IMG/VR virus record: IMGVR_UViG_2811994897_000004
Length of the DNA stretch: 36,047 nucleotides
Direction: 5' to 3' (one strand)
From: a virus
Shown here: in pieces, positions 1 to 8,081 of the stretch
How the letters are laid out: every line of letters begins with the position of its first letter
How positions within the stretch are numbered: position 1 is the first letter of the stretch
The notes under the pieces: model-generated
Databases searched by the model: none
What the model was told of the DNA's origin: nothing
What the model saw: only the letters and a program-made list of their open reading frames with translations
Program-made: the position numbers and the translations under genes

Positions 1-141
1 ATACCAAATTGCATGTTGATATTCATTCAGTGTCAATCCAGCGCCACCTGCTTGTATTTGCACTAATAGCGCCCTTTTTTTATGATTAACATGTTTGCTA
101 CCATTAATCTCTCCAGCGTCTTTAAACACTGTTTTAAGCGC
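1..141. repeat. Terminal overlap, identical to 35907-36047 (circular contig closure)
   Basis: Base-by-base comparison: ataccaaattgcatgttgat...gttttaagcgc occurs at both window ends (141 nt). Confidence 0.95.
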
Positions 142-978
142 CTCTAACTCACTTTCAGTGTTATAGAATACAATCACACCATCTTGTTCGTACTCTTCTC
201 TAACGCTGTCTAACCACTCTAATTTCGCTTTTGTGTTTTGGTTCTGTCTTTGCCACCAATGACGTTCCATCGGGGTCTCAAACACAATCGCATCATCTTT
301 CTTATAATTAGGTAATGACTTTCTATACTCTGTTGACCGATTAAAGTCAATCGTTCTTTCAATAACGTCTGGTAATTCAGCAATGTCATCTAATTTAACC
401 ACATCAGACGTTACCGAATGCCACCATTCAACTAGTTGCGATTGGTTTTTGCCAACTTCCCAGAAAGGGAACGGACGATATGGCAACGTTTTCTGTACCA
501 TATATTTATCTTTAAACTCTTTGCGCGTTTTAACGTGACCAAACGCCAAGGCATAAGATTCCAAGTTGTCAAGTTTACCATCGATTGGTGTTCCTGTTAG
601 CATAACAAACCCAACTGCTCGTTTGATCAATGCAAGCAGCGCTTTCGTTCGCTGTGACTTAATTCCTTTGTATTTGTGTGCTTCATCAACAATCATAAAG
701 ACATCTTTCATGTCAAGCGGATTAATCTTTTTGACATCATCTGTTCTAATAACTTTAACCAACCGCTGATCAATGCCCATCGTTTCAAACGATTCTTGCC
801 AGCTTCCTGATAATTCAACTGCTTTGGGAGCTATCACTAATACTTTTTTTCCATGAAAGAATTTACGATAATGGCTTACAGCAACAAACGTCTTACCTGT
901 CCCTTGACGCATAACATAAAACCATTTTGGCTGCGCTTTATCTACTTGCTTTTGTTGTGCTGGATATAGCTTAATCAT
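1..978 (-). CDS. SNF2/DEAH-type helicase, N-terminal 326 codons (gene wraps the window edge; 3' part at 35736-35906)
   Basis: Own translation from ATG 978-976: MIKLYPAQQKQVDKAQPKWFYVMRQGTGKTFVAV... It has Walker A GTGKT, a DEAH box (VDEAH) and TGTP. The frame is open to base 1 and in phase with ORF 35736-36035 through the duplicated end. It is missing from the ORF track because it has no in-window stop. ATGA overlap with the VRR-NUC gene. Confidence 0.85.
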   Translation of the reverse strand, partial: MIKLYPAQQKQVDKAQPKWFYVMRQGTGKTFVAVSHYRKFFHGKKVLVIAPKAVELSGSWQESFETMGIDQRLVKVIRTDDVKKINPLDMKDVFMIVDEAHKYKGIKSQRTKALLALIKRAVGFVMLTGTPIDGKLDNLESYALAFGHVKTRKEFKDKYMVQKTLPYRPFPFWEVGKNQSQLVEWWHSVTSDVVKLDDIAELPDVIERTIDFNRSTEYRKSLPNYKKDDAIVFETPMERHWWQRQNQNTKAKLEWLDSVREEYEQDGVIVFYNTESELEALKTVFKDAGEINGSKHVNHKKRALLVQIQAGGAGLTLNEYQHAIWY

Positions 979-1295
979 ATCTCATCACCCTCATAAGTTA
1001 CCTCTAGCAAATCAATCCGCAAGAATTTCTCCCAACTATCAACCATGTACCACCTTCCGTTAAACAATTGAATCTTTTTCGCTTGGTACTTTTGCTCATT
1101 GGTAACACCATAGTTGCCAACGTGGTCAGGGCGCTTTAATTCAATACCGACAAGAACGCCTAAGTCATCAATCGTGATAATATCAGGCGTGCCTTTTGCC
1201 GTTCCTGATACACCGCCTTGTGTTTTGATGTAGAAACGCTTTTGCTCCTTTAAATAACGAGTTATTTTATTTTGCAACGTGCTTTCAAGCGTCAT
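975..1295 (-). CDS. VRR-NUC family nuclease
   Basis: 106 aa. GTPDIITIDD...GIELKRP fits the D...ExK core of VRR-NUC/PD-(D/E)xK. Start and stop overlap both neighbouring genes. Confidence 0.75.
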   Translation of the reverse strand: MTLESTLQNKITRYLKEQKRFYIKTQGGVSGTAKGTPDIITIDDLGVLVGIELKRPDHVGNYGVTNEQKYQAKKIQLFNGRWYMVDSWEKFLRIDLLEVTYEGDEI

Positions 1296-1752
1296 TTTCT
1301 ACAACCTCCGTCAGCTTATTGAGATACCACTGTGCCTTTTTTAAGTCTTCGACGCCATTTTTTGATTGGTATCTACCAACATATTTGATAATGTTAAGCT
1401 TCAAATATCCCCTAAATTCTTCATCAGTTGAATAACCTTGCATCGTGTCAATGACTTCACGACTAAACTGCTTGTAATGATTTGGGTGGTTGACAACGTC
1501 ATCTTGTTGCTTTTCTGTATATACATTAATTGGTTTATTATCCCATCCGATTAACTCAACACCTTCTTTAATTGCATAATCAATTGTGCACCACTGCCAT
1601 CCAAAATAATCATTATCTATGGTTAAACCAATTCCATCTTTATGAAATGATAAAATTGGTTGAATTAGTGAAAAAAGATCTTGCCTATCATTTTCTTTTA
1701 AAACTTCGTCCAATCTGTTACGTGTGTTGATATAATAATATTTCTTATCCAT
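1285..1752 (-). CDS. DUF3310-like phage protein
   Basis: 155 aa. The C-terminal NHPNHYK...IIKYVGRYQSKNGVEDLKKAQWYL matches the DUF3310 pattern as I remember it. SD AAGGAAG upstream. Confidence 0.65.
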   Translation of the reverse strand: MDKKYYYINTRNRLDEVLKENDRQDLFSLIQPILSFHKDGIGLTIDNDYFGWQWCTIDYAIKEGVELIGWDNKPINVYTEKQQDDVVNHPNHYKQFSREVIDTMQGYSTDEEFRGYLKLNIIKYVGRYQSKNGVEDLKKAQWYLNKLTEVVENDA

Positions 1753-1753
1753 T

Positions 1754-2098
1754 TTACTTACTTCCTTTCAAAATAACTGGATATTTATTCTTTTTATTGA
1801 ATATTAATGCAACGTGCTTTAATTCTCTATCTTGTGCAATAATACGTTTTAAACTGCCGACTTTGATAGAGTTTTCTAAATAGTTATAAACATAATCAGC
1901 TTGCTTTCCTACTTCATTTGCTATTTCTTTGTCGGTATAACCTGTATTATACATTTCTCTGATAACATTTTTAGTATCATCTTTTGTATATTTATGCTTT
2001 TCTTTATCAATTTTATTCATTTTTGACTGCATAAATTTGTTCGCGGATTCTTCGCCTTTCGTCTTCTCAATTAATAAAAACTGCGGTACAAAATTCAT
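1754..2098 (-). CDS. Small HTH DNA-binding protein (candidate transcription regulator)
   Basis: 114 aa. Helix-turn-helix-like segment GYTDKEIANEVGKQADYVYNYL. Confidence 0.6.
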   Translation of the reverse strand: MNFVPQFLLIEKTKGEESANKFMQSKMNKIDKEKHKYTKDDTKNVIREMYNTGYTDKEIANEVGKQADYVYNYLENSIKVGSLKRIIAQDRELKHVALIFNKKNKYPVILKGSK

Positions 2099-2274
2099 TT
2101 GAATCTACTCCCTTCAAATATCTTATATTGCCATTTTGGTGCATGTTGCTTTAACTGATTTAACTCCCAATCAGCGTCTATCCGATTGTATAGAACTTTG
2201 TCCATTGAAATCCAAGCGTCATGTGATCGTTTACGATAACCTATAATGAATATTTTTTTATCTGATATTAACAC
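2095..2274 (-). CDS. Hypothetical 59-aa protein
   Basis: Below the ORF-track cutoff. GTG start lies 6 nt after AAGGAG. Translation: MLISDKKIFIIGYRKRSHDAWISMDKVLYNRIDADWELNQLKQHAPKWQYKIFEGSRFK. Its stop overlaps the next ATG (ATGA). Confidence 0.5.
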   Translation of the reverse strand: MLISDKKIFIIGYRKRSHDAWISMDKVLYNRIDADWELNQLKQHAPKWQYKIFEGSRFK

Positions 2275-2275
2275 T

Positions 2276-2407
2276 TTATTCTCCTTTATACTCTGCTACG
2301 ACAATCGCATGTATATCTAGCCTATTTTTGTATTTCATTGCAGCTAGAAAATTTTCAAACGTTGCAATTGTTTTTCCTTTACTTCTGACGTCGTATACTA
2401 CTTTCAT
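2276..2407 (-). CDS. Hypothetical 43-aa protein
   Basis: Below the ORF-track cutoff. Translation: MKVVYDVRSKGKTIATFENFLAAMKYKNRLDIHAIVVAEYKGE. ATGA overlap with the upstream stop. It fills an otherwise empty gap in a tightly packed operon. Confidence 0.45.
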   Translation of the reverse strand: MKVVYDVRSKGKTIATFENFLAAMKYKNRLDIHAIVVAEYKGE

Positions 2408-2643
2408 TGTTGTTCCTCCTTAAATATATAAATAACGTCTACGCCTCTTATTGTCTCTCTGTGGACGTTTCCACGTTCAAACGCATCAATGTGTTCAAGC
2501 GCTTCCGAAATGTCTCTATCAGCCGTTTTGACACTAATAAGATGATTGTGTGCATATTCGTTACGTGATACAATCTTATCTTTTTTTAACGACTGGATTA
2601 ACTCTAATATTCTACCTGTTTTTTTCAACGATGTGTCCCCCAA
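2404..2643 (-). CDS. Hypothetical protein, possible winged-helix
   Basis: 79-aa ORF with no ATG. The more likely start is TTG at 2628, preceded by GGGGGA. ISVKTADRDISEALEHI is HTH-like. Confidence 0.5.
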   Translation of the reverse strand: MGDTSLKKTGRILELIQSLKKDKIVSRNEYAHNHLISVKTADRDISEALEHIDAFERGNVHRETIRGVDVIYIFKEEQQ

Positions 2644-2896
2644 TAATTGAGTAACCTAATTTACGTAACGTCCGCGACAATGTGTGCATATTAATATCTA
2701 ATTGTGCAGACATTAAGCGGACGTTTTTATTTCCTGTTTCTTTTATATGTCGCTTAACTAAATCTTCACGTTCATATACCGCTTGCTTTTGTTTCTTTGT
2801 TCGTTGCTTAAATGATCTGCGGTAACTTTCACTCAATCGTGCATTATTGACAAATTTATCGACTGGGGTGTCAACGTAGTTAAAATCATAATTCAT
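2612..2896 (-). CDS. Small HTH DNA-binding protein
   Basis: 94 aa. Basic N-terminal half, then an HTH-like segment VRLMSAQLDINMHTLSRTLRKLGY. Confidence 0.6.
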   Translation of the reverse strand: MNYDFNYVDTPVDKFVNNARLSESYRRSFKQRTKKQKQAVYEREDLVKRHIKETGNKNVRLMSAQLDINMHTLSRTLRKLGYSIIGGHIVEKNR

Positions 2897-2897
2897 A

Positions 2898-3149
2898 TTA
2901 ATCGATTTCCTTTTCTAAAATTCTAACGCCACATTCATACCAATGTCTACCAAAAGTATTTTTTACATAAATTAAAGCAGAAGAATAGTTATTAGTACAT
3001 GTAACGTATTTAAGATTACCGTTTTTCGGCTTATCTAACCCAACAACAACATATACCGTCGTTACAGCATTTTTGATATAATCAATCGTTTCTAATACTT
3101 CTTTTTGATAGTCTTCTTTACCACCATATTCATCAATATTCATGCTCAA
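2898..3149 (-). CDS. Hypothetical protein
   Basis: 83-aa ORF in the operon context. No recognisable motif. Confidence 0.55.
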   Translation of the reverse strand: MSMNIDEYGGKEDYQKEVLETIDYIKNAVTTVYVVVGLDKPKNGNLKYVTCTNNYSSALIYVKNTFGRHWYECGVRILEKEID

Positions 3150-3195
3150 TCTATCAATTATTTTTTAAAAGTCACTTTTGTTCATTTTAATATCC

Positions 3196-3633
3196 TCACA
3201 TTCCATAAACAATTAACGCGCTAGGGAACGGTGCTGCATCGCTTGCAAAACCGTCGACTTCAAATTTAAGTCTACCGCGTAAAAACTTAACCGTTGCCTT
3301 TCCTTGAATAAATTCATGCCAATACTTTGTATCTGTTCGTGCCGGTATTAGCAATACAATAAATCTGTTTTCGTCTCGTAAACTTTCTTCGTAAGCCTTT
3401 TGAATAAATCTACCGATGCTTCTACCATAAGGGGGATTAACAAACACGTTTCCGTTCCATTGTTGTTCAAGTGCGTTGTCTTTTTCAGTAAAATAATTAT
3501 TTACTTTATGATTATCGTCATCTGCACAAGCATCTAAATCAAACTTAAATTTTTTATTTAAGTTATTAAAAAATGTTTGTGGTGTCTCCCAGTTCATTTT
3601 TTCAGAACTGAATAAAGTTTTGTTAATTGTCAT
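3196..3633 (-). CDS. Phage Dam-type N6-adenine DNA methyltransferase
   Basis: 145 aa with the catalytic NPPY motif (VFVNPPYGR). Size and layout fit small phage N6-adenine methyltransferases. Confidence 0.85.
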   Translation of the reverse strand: MTINKTLFSSEKMNWETPQTFFNNLNKKFKFDLDACADDDNHKVNNYFTEKDNALEQQWNGNVFVNPPYGRSIGRFIQKAYEESLRDENRFIVLLIPARTDTKYWHEFIQGKATVKFLRGRLKFEVDGFASDAAPFPSALIVYGM

Positions 3634-3878
3634 AATAATATCTCCTGCATCGTTTCATCTGCATAAACAACATAGAAATGTTTATTTCCAAATAATCCGT
3701 TCAAAACCATTCTAGCAATTTGTGTAGCGTATTTCGGTTTTAAATATTCTTGATCGTAATTTTTATAATAACTTCTATTTTCGATTGTGAATGACTTATG
3801 CAAAAATGTCATTTCAATATTATCAACCATATACCATGCGTCATTTAAGCGTACTGCGTAACCTGTAATTTTTGTCAT
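3630..3878 (-). CDS. Hypothetical protein
   Basis: ORF 3630-3899. The preferred start is ATG 3878 (MTKITGYAV...), preceded by GAGGAAG and 1 nt after the upstream stop. Confidence 0.6.
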   Translation of the reverse strand: MTKITGYAVRLNDAWYMVDNIEMTFLHKSFTIENRSYYKNYDQEYLKPKYATQIARMVLNGLFGNKHFYVVYADETMQEILL

Positions 3879-3879
3879 G

Positions 3880-3978
3880 TTATTCTTCCTCATCTTCATC
3901 TTCGTAATCCCAAAAGTGTTCTTCTTCTTTTGATCTTGGTTCGTATGGTTCTGGTAATTCTATTGTGTGTTCAAACAT
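3880..3978 (-). CDS. Hypothetical 32-aa acidic peptide (first gene after the early promoter)
   Basis: MFEHTIELPEPYEPRSKEEEHFWDYEDEDEEE. ATG follows SD AAGAGG. Below the ORF-track cutoff. Confidence 0.4.
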   Translation of the reverse strand: MFEHTIELPEPYEPRSKEEEHFWDYEDEDEEE

Positions 3979-4013
3979 TATTGACCTCTTTTCTGTTCGT
4001 TTGCTATGAATAC

Positions 4014-4073
4014 ATCTTACCAACTTGGACATTTTTTGTCCAGAATATAAAACGTTCTTAAGACTTTCTTAAA
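4014..4073 (-). promoter_or_regulatory. Early promoter with TTAAG direct repeat and a palindromic operator
   Basis: Minus strand: TTTAAGAAAGTCTTAAG (4057-4073), -35 TGGACA (4037-4042), 17-nt spacer, -10 TAAGAT (4014-4019). The perfect palindrome TGGACA-AAAAA-TGTCCA (4026-4042) overlaps the -35. Confidence 0.55.
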
Positions 4074-4100
4074 CTTTGTAACACAAACACAAAAAAAATA

Positions 4101-4330
4101 GAGTTCAAATTAGAAAAAATGTGTAGAAATTAGAAGTGAGTGAATTTAACAATTGCCATAATCACTCTCATAAAACTACTATAAACCTTATATATATAAT
4201 AAACACAACAATAATGTTGTTATAGTTATATTGTAGTAATTAGAGAAATTAGAAAAATTAGAGTTTTTGGTAGTTAGTTGTTTTTTTATATATAGTATAG
4301 GGTCGTCTAATTTCTAATTTCATGAATTCT
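4101..4330. repeat. Control region A: AATTAGA iteron cluster, an inverted paralogue of region B
   Basis: Forward AATTAGA at 4108, 4128, 4238, 4247 and 4256 (the last three at 9-bp spacing). Reverse TCTAATT at 4306 and 4313. It aligns with the reverse complement of 28608-28866 through shared blocks AATTAGAnAAATTAGAnAAATTAGAGTTTTT, GGTAGTTA, TCTAATTT, CATGAATT and ATAAACCnTATATATATAA. Confidence 0.85.
4238..4296 (+). promoter_or_regulatory. Plus-strand copy of the putative late promoter (iterons, -35 and -10), facing the end of the late operon
   Basis: Three 9-bp iterons (4238-4262), TTGGTA (4267-4272), 18-nt spacer, TATAGT (4291-4296). Homologous to the minus-strand element 28654-28719. Confidence 0.35.
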
Positions 4331-4341
4331 CTTATTGCAAT

Positions 4342-4371
4342 AAAATAAAAAGGCACCCAATCGGATGCCTT
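4342..4371 (-). terminator. Rho-independent terminator of the late operon (possibly bidirectional)
   Basis: Minus strand: AAGGCAtccgattgggTGCCTT followed by TTTTTATTTTATT, starting 8 nt after the endolysin stop. Confidence 0.8.
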
Positions 4372-4378
4372 AATTATT

Positions 4379-5257
4379 TTATACCAAACCAAACTTTTTG
4401 ATTAATGATTCTGTGTTGCGCTTTGTCATAACTGTAAATGGCACACCTTGCTTTTGCAAGTTACCCATTGTAACAGGACTGTCAACTTTAATCACAGCCG
4501 TTCCTGTTTGCAAGAACACATTTGCAGCATCCCCAAATTCTGTATTGATGTCTGATTTAAATAGTAACATATCGTCTTCTCCTTTGACGCTAACCAGCGC
4601 CTCGTCATTGTTGTCTTCATTTCCTTGTCCACCAATCGCAAGCCATGCGCTGTGGTCTCCGTAAAATACACTGCGATCCCAAGGTACACTATCAAATTGC
4701 CACATAGCTACATTAATGCCGTTGTAAGATTGATTGCTGAAGTAATTCGCGTCAGCCCATGATTGTAACGCTTGTGTGTATGGGCTGCCATCGTTGCTTG
4801 GATAACCAGCCACCCAAAATGGATATTTGCCAGCAACGTCAGACCAATTATAAGCGCCGCTGACGACATCTTGGTGCCCGATGTATAAAATACCGTCCTT
4901 TCCTGTTAACGCACTTATACGGTCTAAGAATACCTTTGGTTCGTCTCCTGTGATAGAAGGATAACCTTGTGGACGTTCAAAATCAAATATAGGTACAATT
5001 CCTGGCGTATCTAGATAAGATTTTGCATTGTTGTAAAAATAATCCGCTTGGGCTGTTGTGTCAATCGTCCCAACAACGAAATGATAAACACCGATGAGCT
5101 TGTTTTTACTCTTGGCATAATCTATTTGTTCGTTGGCTAACGGATTAATATAGCTAACGCCCTCACTGATTTTAACAATTGCAATATCAGCACCGTCTAT
5201 GGCTGTTTGATAATTTGATGCGTTGTTGTCTGAAACATCAACCGCAATTAATGACAT
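4379..5257 (-). CDS. Endolysin, GH25 muramidase with a C-terminal putative wall-binding region
   Basis: 292 aa. The N-terminal 200 aa look like GH25 lysozyme (IAVDVS..., IAIVKISEG, GVYHFV). Last gene of the late operon, directly after the holin genes. SD GGAAGGAG. Confidence 0.8.
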   Translation of the reverse strand: MSLIAVDVSDNNASNYQTAIDGADIAIVKISEGVSYINPLANEQIDYAKSKNKLIGVYHFVVGTIDTTAQADYFYNNAKSYLDTPGIVPIFDFERPQGYPSITGDEPKVFLDRISALTGKDGILYIGHQDVVSGAYNWSDVAGKYPFWVAGYPSNDGSPYTQALQSWADANYFSNQSYNGINVAMWQFDSVPWDRSVFYGDHSAWLAIGGQGNEDNNDEALVSVKGEDDMLLFKSDINTEFGDAANVFLQTGTAVIKVDSPVTMGNLQKQGVPFTVMTKRNTESLIKKFGLV

Positions 5258-5258
5258 A

Positions 5259-5681
5259 TTAAACTCCTTCCGTTTCTCCTTCGATAAGTTGATTAGATGT
5301 TAACTTGTCGTTATTTGCGTCTGGTTTGACGTCTAACGGACTTTGTGGCTTAACTGTATCTAACTTACCATCTGCCTTATTAGAAGCGTAAGCGCTCTTT
5401 ATATAGGCTAGTATTTGATCTTCTGTAAACTTGTCGCCAATGCCTGACTTGTCTAAACGATTTTTTAAGTCAGCTGCTGCGACTTGTTGTTGTTGTAATC
5501 CACCACCAAAAATTTGTTGTGCTGTTAATACAGCTTGACTAGCAAATTCAAGTGCTGACTTGATATGCTCATTTCGTGTGATAGACTTTGCTTTAATCAA
5601 ATATTTTGATAATGCGTAACCACCACCAGAAACGGCAATAACCTCAACAGCAACCTGCGCCCAATTTAGTAATTCATTCAT
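5259..5681 (-). CDS. Holin-like protein (LL-H-type: one N-terminal TM and a long charged tail)
   Basis: Preferred start is ATG 5681 (MNELLNWAQVAVEVIAVSGGGYAL...), overlapping the upstream stop. Immediately upstream of the endolysin. Confidence 0.6.
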   Translation of the reverse strand: MNELLNWAQVAVEVIAVSGGGYALSKYLIKAKSITRNEHIKSALEFASQAVLTAQQIFGGGLQQQQVAAADLKNRLDKSGIGDKFTEDQILAYIKSAYASNKADGKLDTVKPQSPLDVKPDANNDKLTSNQLIEGETEGV

Positions 5682-6141
5682 GTTTATTTCTATCCTTTTC
5701 TGCCGAGTTCGGCTCTTCACTAATGTACTGTATTTTTACATGGAACTCATCTTCTATCCACTTAGCAAAAAACTTAGGGACATACATTCCTGCTAGTTTC
5801 ATGTTTGCTAAAATTGATTTCAATAAATAATTTGCAACCGTTACTGTTATCGCAAAACTAACGAAATCAAATAGCATGGGAGAATATATAACATCCCTAC
5901 CACCAATGTGAGTAGGTGCAATAGACATGACAATCGTGATTACCCATATTAACACTGGCAAGAAAGCTAACGGCAGAGATCGTCTTAGTCCGCCCAAACC
6001 ACCGTCTGAAGTTCTTGCTACACCTTTGTTTTTTCGCCACCTGCTGCCTAAGAATGTGTCATAAAAAATAAGTATAAATAATAGAATGCTTTCCGTCATA
6101 CCATTTAAATTTGCGAACAAATACTTTAAAATATCTTCCAT
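5674..6141 (-). CDS. Multi-TM holin-like membrane protein
   Basis: 155 aa with 3-4 hydrophobic segments (SILLFILIFYDTFLG, LAFLPVLIWVITIVMSIA, FDFVSFAITVTVANYLL). Position in the lysis cassette. TAATG overlap with the upstream gene. Confidence 0.6.
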   Translation of the reverse strand: MEDILKYLFANLNGMTESILLFILIFYDTFLGSRWRKNKGVARTSDGGLGGLRRSLPLAFLPVLIWVITIVMSIAPTHIGGRDVIYSPMLFDFVSFAITVTVANYLLKSILANMKLAGMYVPKFFAKWIEDEFHVKIQYISEEPNSAEKDRNKHE

Positions 6142-6401
6142 TACATTGTTCCATCCACCATATTTTTTTCTAAATCAGATGATGCCACGATTTCTTTTAC
6201 TTTAGCAATTGCTTTTTGTTTTAAGTCATCTGTTTTTGACTGGAAAGTAACGCCATCATCTTTCGCGGTTAACAATACTTGACCGCTGAAGTAGTTTCTG
6301 TCATCGCTTCTGAAATCAACTACAATTGTCACTGAATCAATCTCTAAACCGTTAGCGCCATCAACCATACTTCTGTTTGTAATTTCTGCTGTTGCTATCA
6401 T
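6141..6401 (-). CDS. Hypothetical protein (between fibre and lysis genes)
   Basis: 86-aa ORF with SD TAAGGAG. Confidence 0.6.
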   Translation of the reverse strand: MIATAEITNRSMVDGANGLEIDSVTIVVDFRSDDRNYFSGQVLLTAKDDGVTFQSKTDDLKQKAIAKVKEIVASSDLEKNMVDGTM

Positions 6402-6410
6402 ATTATCTCC

Positions 6411-8081
6411 TTAATCAAATGTAAGCCAAGTCGCATTAACATGTATTTCATTGTTAGATGGCTGAACATATGTTCCGTTGTTACTATATGCCGAAAATTC
6501 AAAGTGTCCATCTGGATAAAACTCCCCAAGATAATTGTAACCATAAGCACCAGCTTGTCTTGTTCCAAACTGATTAGATGGTTTGAATCCTTGTGGAATT
6601 GTAAATGCAGTTGTTATTGCATCCTTGTTCAAAATAGTATTTGGTAACATCCTACCGGTTAATGAAACCATGTTACCGACACGCGTTAATACAAGCGGAA
6701 CACTAGCTGCTGTAAATCCGTTTTGAAAGTTTACAGTAGCCGTTGTCTTTGGTTGAACGATATTGCTACCAAATGTCTTAACACCGTTTATTGTTTCGTT
6801 TCCTGAATTATGAACTACTGATTCATTAACTGCAAATGAGTTCCAAGAACCTAGTGTACCTGAACCAACAGTAGAGATGAACTGTCCCTGCCAATTACTG
6901 TTAAATGGTGTAACTATAATATATCCAGAACCACCATCGCTAATTCCTGATGTTACGACAACAGAATAATAGGAGTTTACAGGGGAGTTTTTTATTGTAG
7001 TATTTCTAACAAACCAAATACCAGCATACTTAATCATATTTTTAGCTACATCAATAAAATCTGTGAACTGTGCTTCTCTAGCGGATAACGAACCATTAAT
7101 CGGTGAAGTGAATGTTTTATTACCGTTGATTGTCTCATTTCCATTGTTGTGAACGACGGTTGCGTCTTTTGCGAATTTTTGCCACGTTTGTTGAACCGTA
7201 ATAATATTTTTATCATCTCGAGATAGAATTGCAAAAAACTTATTTCCTGTTGCATGCTCTGTTAAAACTAATTTAGTCCCAGCCCAGCTATTAGTGGTAT
7301 ATCCTGACAAATCATAAGTCATTAGTCCAAAAGCAAGGGTTACTCCGTTCGGAACATTTTTTAGTGTAGATGTTGTCGCAACGTTTTGTGAAATATAGTT
7401 AAAACCAGGCTCTATAACAGTATATAAATCCGTCCCGCTAGATAATATTTTATTTGAAAATTTACCATTTATTGCTAGTGAGAATGTATTGTTACCAGAC
7501 CAAGTATTATCAGAAATTTTAATATTATTATTTTGAGATTTTAACTGATTGACATTAGTATTTAAATCGTCTACGTTTGTTTGAACGGTATTAGCTTGTG
7601 ATTGTGTATTAGTTAAAGTTGTTTGCGTATCAGCTAATTTGTTATCCATATCTGTTTTGATTTTATCAATCATCACATCAACAACAGAAATATAATTACC
7701 TGCTTCTTCTTCTGTTAAATCAACAGCTTCAAATACTTTGACGCGGAAATTAGCTCCTGACGCAGATTGGTCGTCTTTACTAAATTTAAAGTACGCTTTG
7801 CTAAACTCACCAATATCTTGACCCCAAGCTTTGGTTGGTGTGTAGGTAAATACACCTTGTTGTGTATTGTCTACTTGAACATTTGCATCAACTATTTTAT
7901 GGTTACCAGCAGTAGTACCCATAAAAGCAGTTGTCCATCCAGTTAAGTCAAGTGGTTCGCCGTTACTCGTTACCGTGACCGTCAATGATTGATAATTGCC
8001 GTCACCTTGTCGCAGCTCAACCATTGGGTTTTGAAACTCTGATTTAGTTGTATCAATATTTAAAACTAAACCTTTAGCCAT
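6411..8081 (-). CDS. Receptor-binding tail fibre or baseplate upper protein (BppU-like N-terminus)
   Basis: 556 aa. The N-terminal about 120 aa resemble the BppU/DUF2479 attachment domain. A Q/N/T-rich coiled segment follows. The fibre motif recurs: TWSGNNTFSLAING, VVHNNGNETINGNKTFTSPING, VVHNSGNETINGVKTFGSNIV. Confidence 0.7.
   Translation of the reverse strand: MAKGLVLNIDTTKSEFQNPMVELRQGDGNYQSLTVTVTSNGEPLDLTGWTTAFMGTTAGNHKIVDANVQVDNTQQGVFTYTPTKAWGQDIGEFSKAYFKFSKDDQSASGANFRVKVFEAVDLTEEEAGNYISVVDVMIDKIKTDMDNKLADTQTTLTNTQSQANTVQTNVDDLNTNVNQLKSQNNNIKISDNTWSGNNTFSLAINGKFSNKILSSGTDLYTVIEPGFNYISQNVATTSTLKNVPNGVTLAFGLMTYDLSGYTTNSWAGTKLVLTEHATGNKFFAILSRDDKNIITVQQTWQKFAKDATVVHNNGNETINGNKTFTSPINGSLSAREAQFTDFIDVAKNMIKYAGIWFVRNTTIKNSPVNSYYSVVVTSGISDGGSGYIIVTPFNSNWQGQFISTVGSGTLGSWNSFAVNESVVHNSGNETINGVKTFGSNIVQPKTTATVNFQNGFTAASVPLVLTRVGNMVSLTGRMLPNTILNKDAITTAFTIPQGFKPSNQFGTRQAGAYGYNYLGEFYPDGHFEFSAYSNNGTYVQPSNNEIHVNATWLTFD

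Noticed and set aside
2612-2643. An A7 run (GAA AAA AAC) in the 32-nt overlap of ORFs 2612-2896 and 2404-2643, as a frameshift or transcriptional-slippage site fusing two HTH proteins.
   Set aside because: The downstream frame is +1, and the -1 frame hits TGA at once. The downstream ORF has a plausible independent TTG start behind GGGGGA. I found no supporting evidence.
4101-4330. AATTAGA repeat clusters (here and at 28637-29041) as a CRISPR-like array.
   Set aside because: The units are only 7-9 bp with 0-13 bp between them and mixed orientation. There are no spacer-sized unique inserts and no cas genes.
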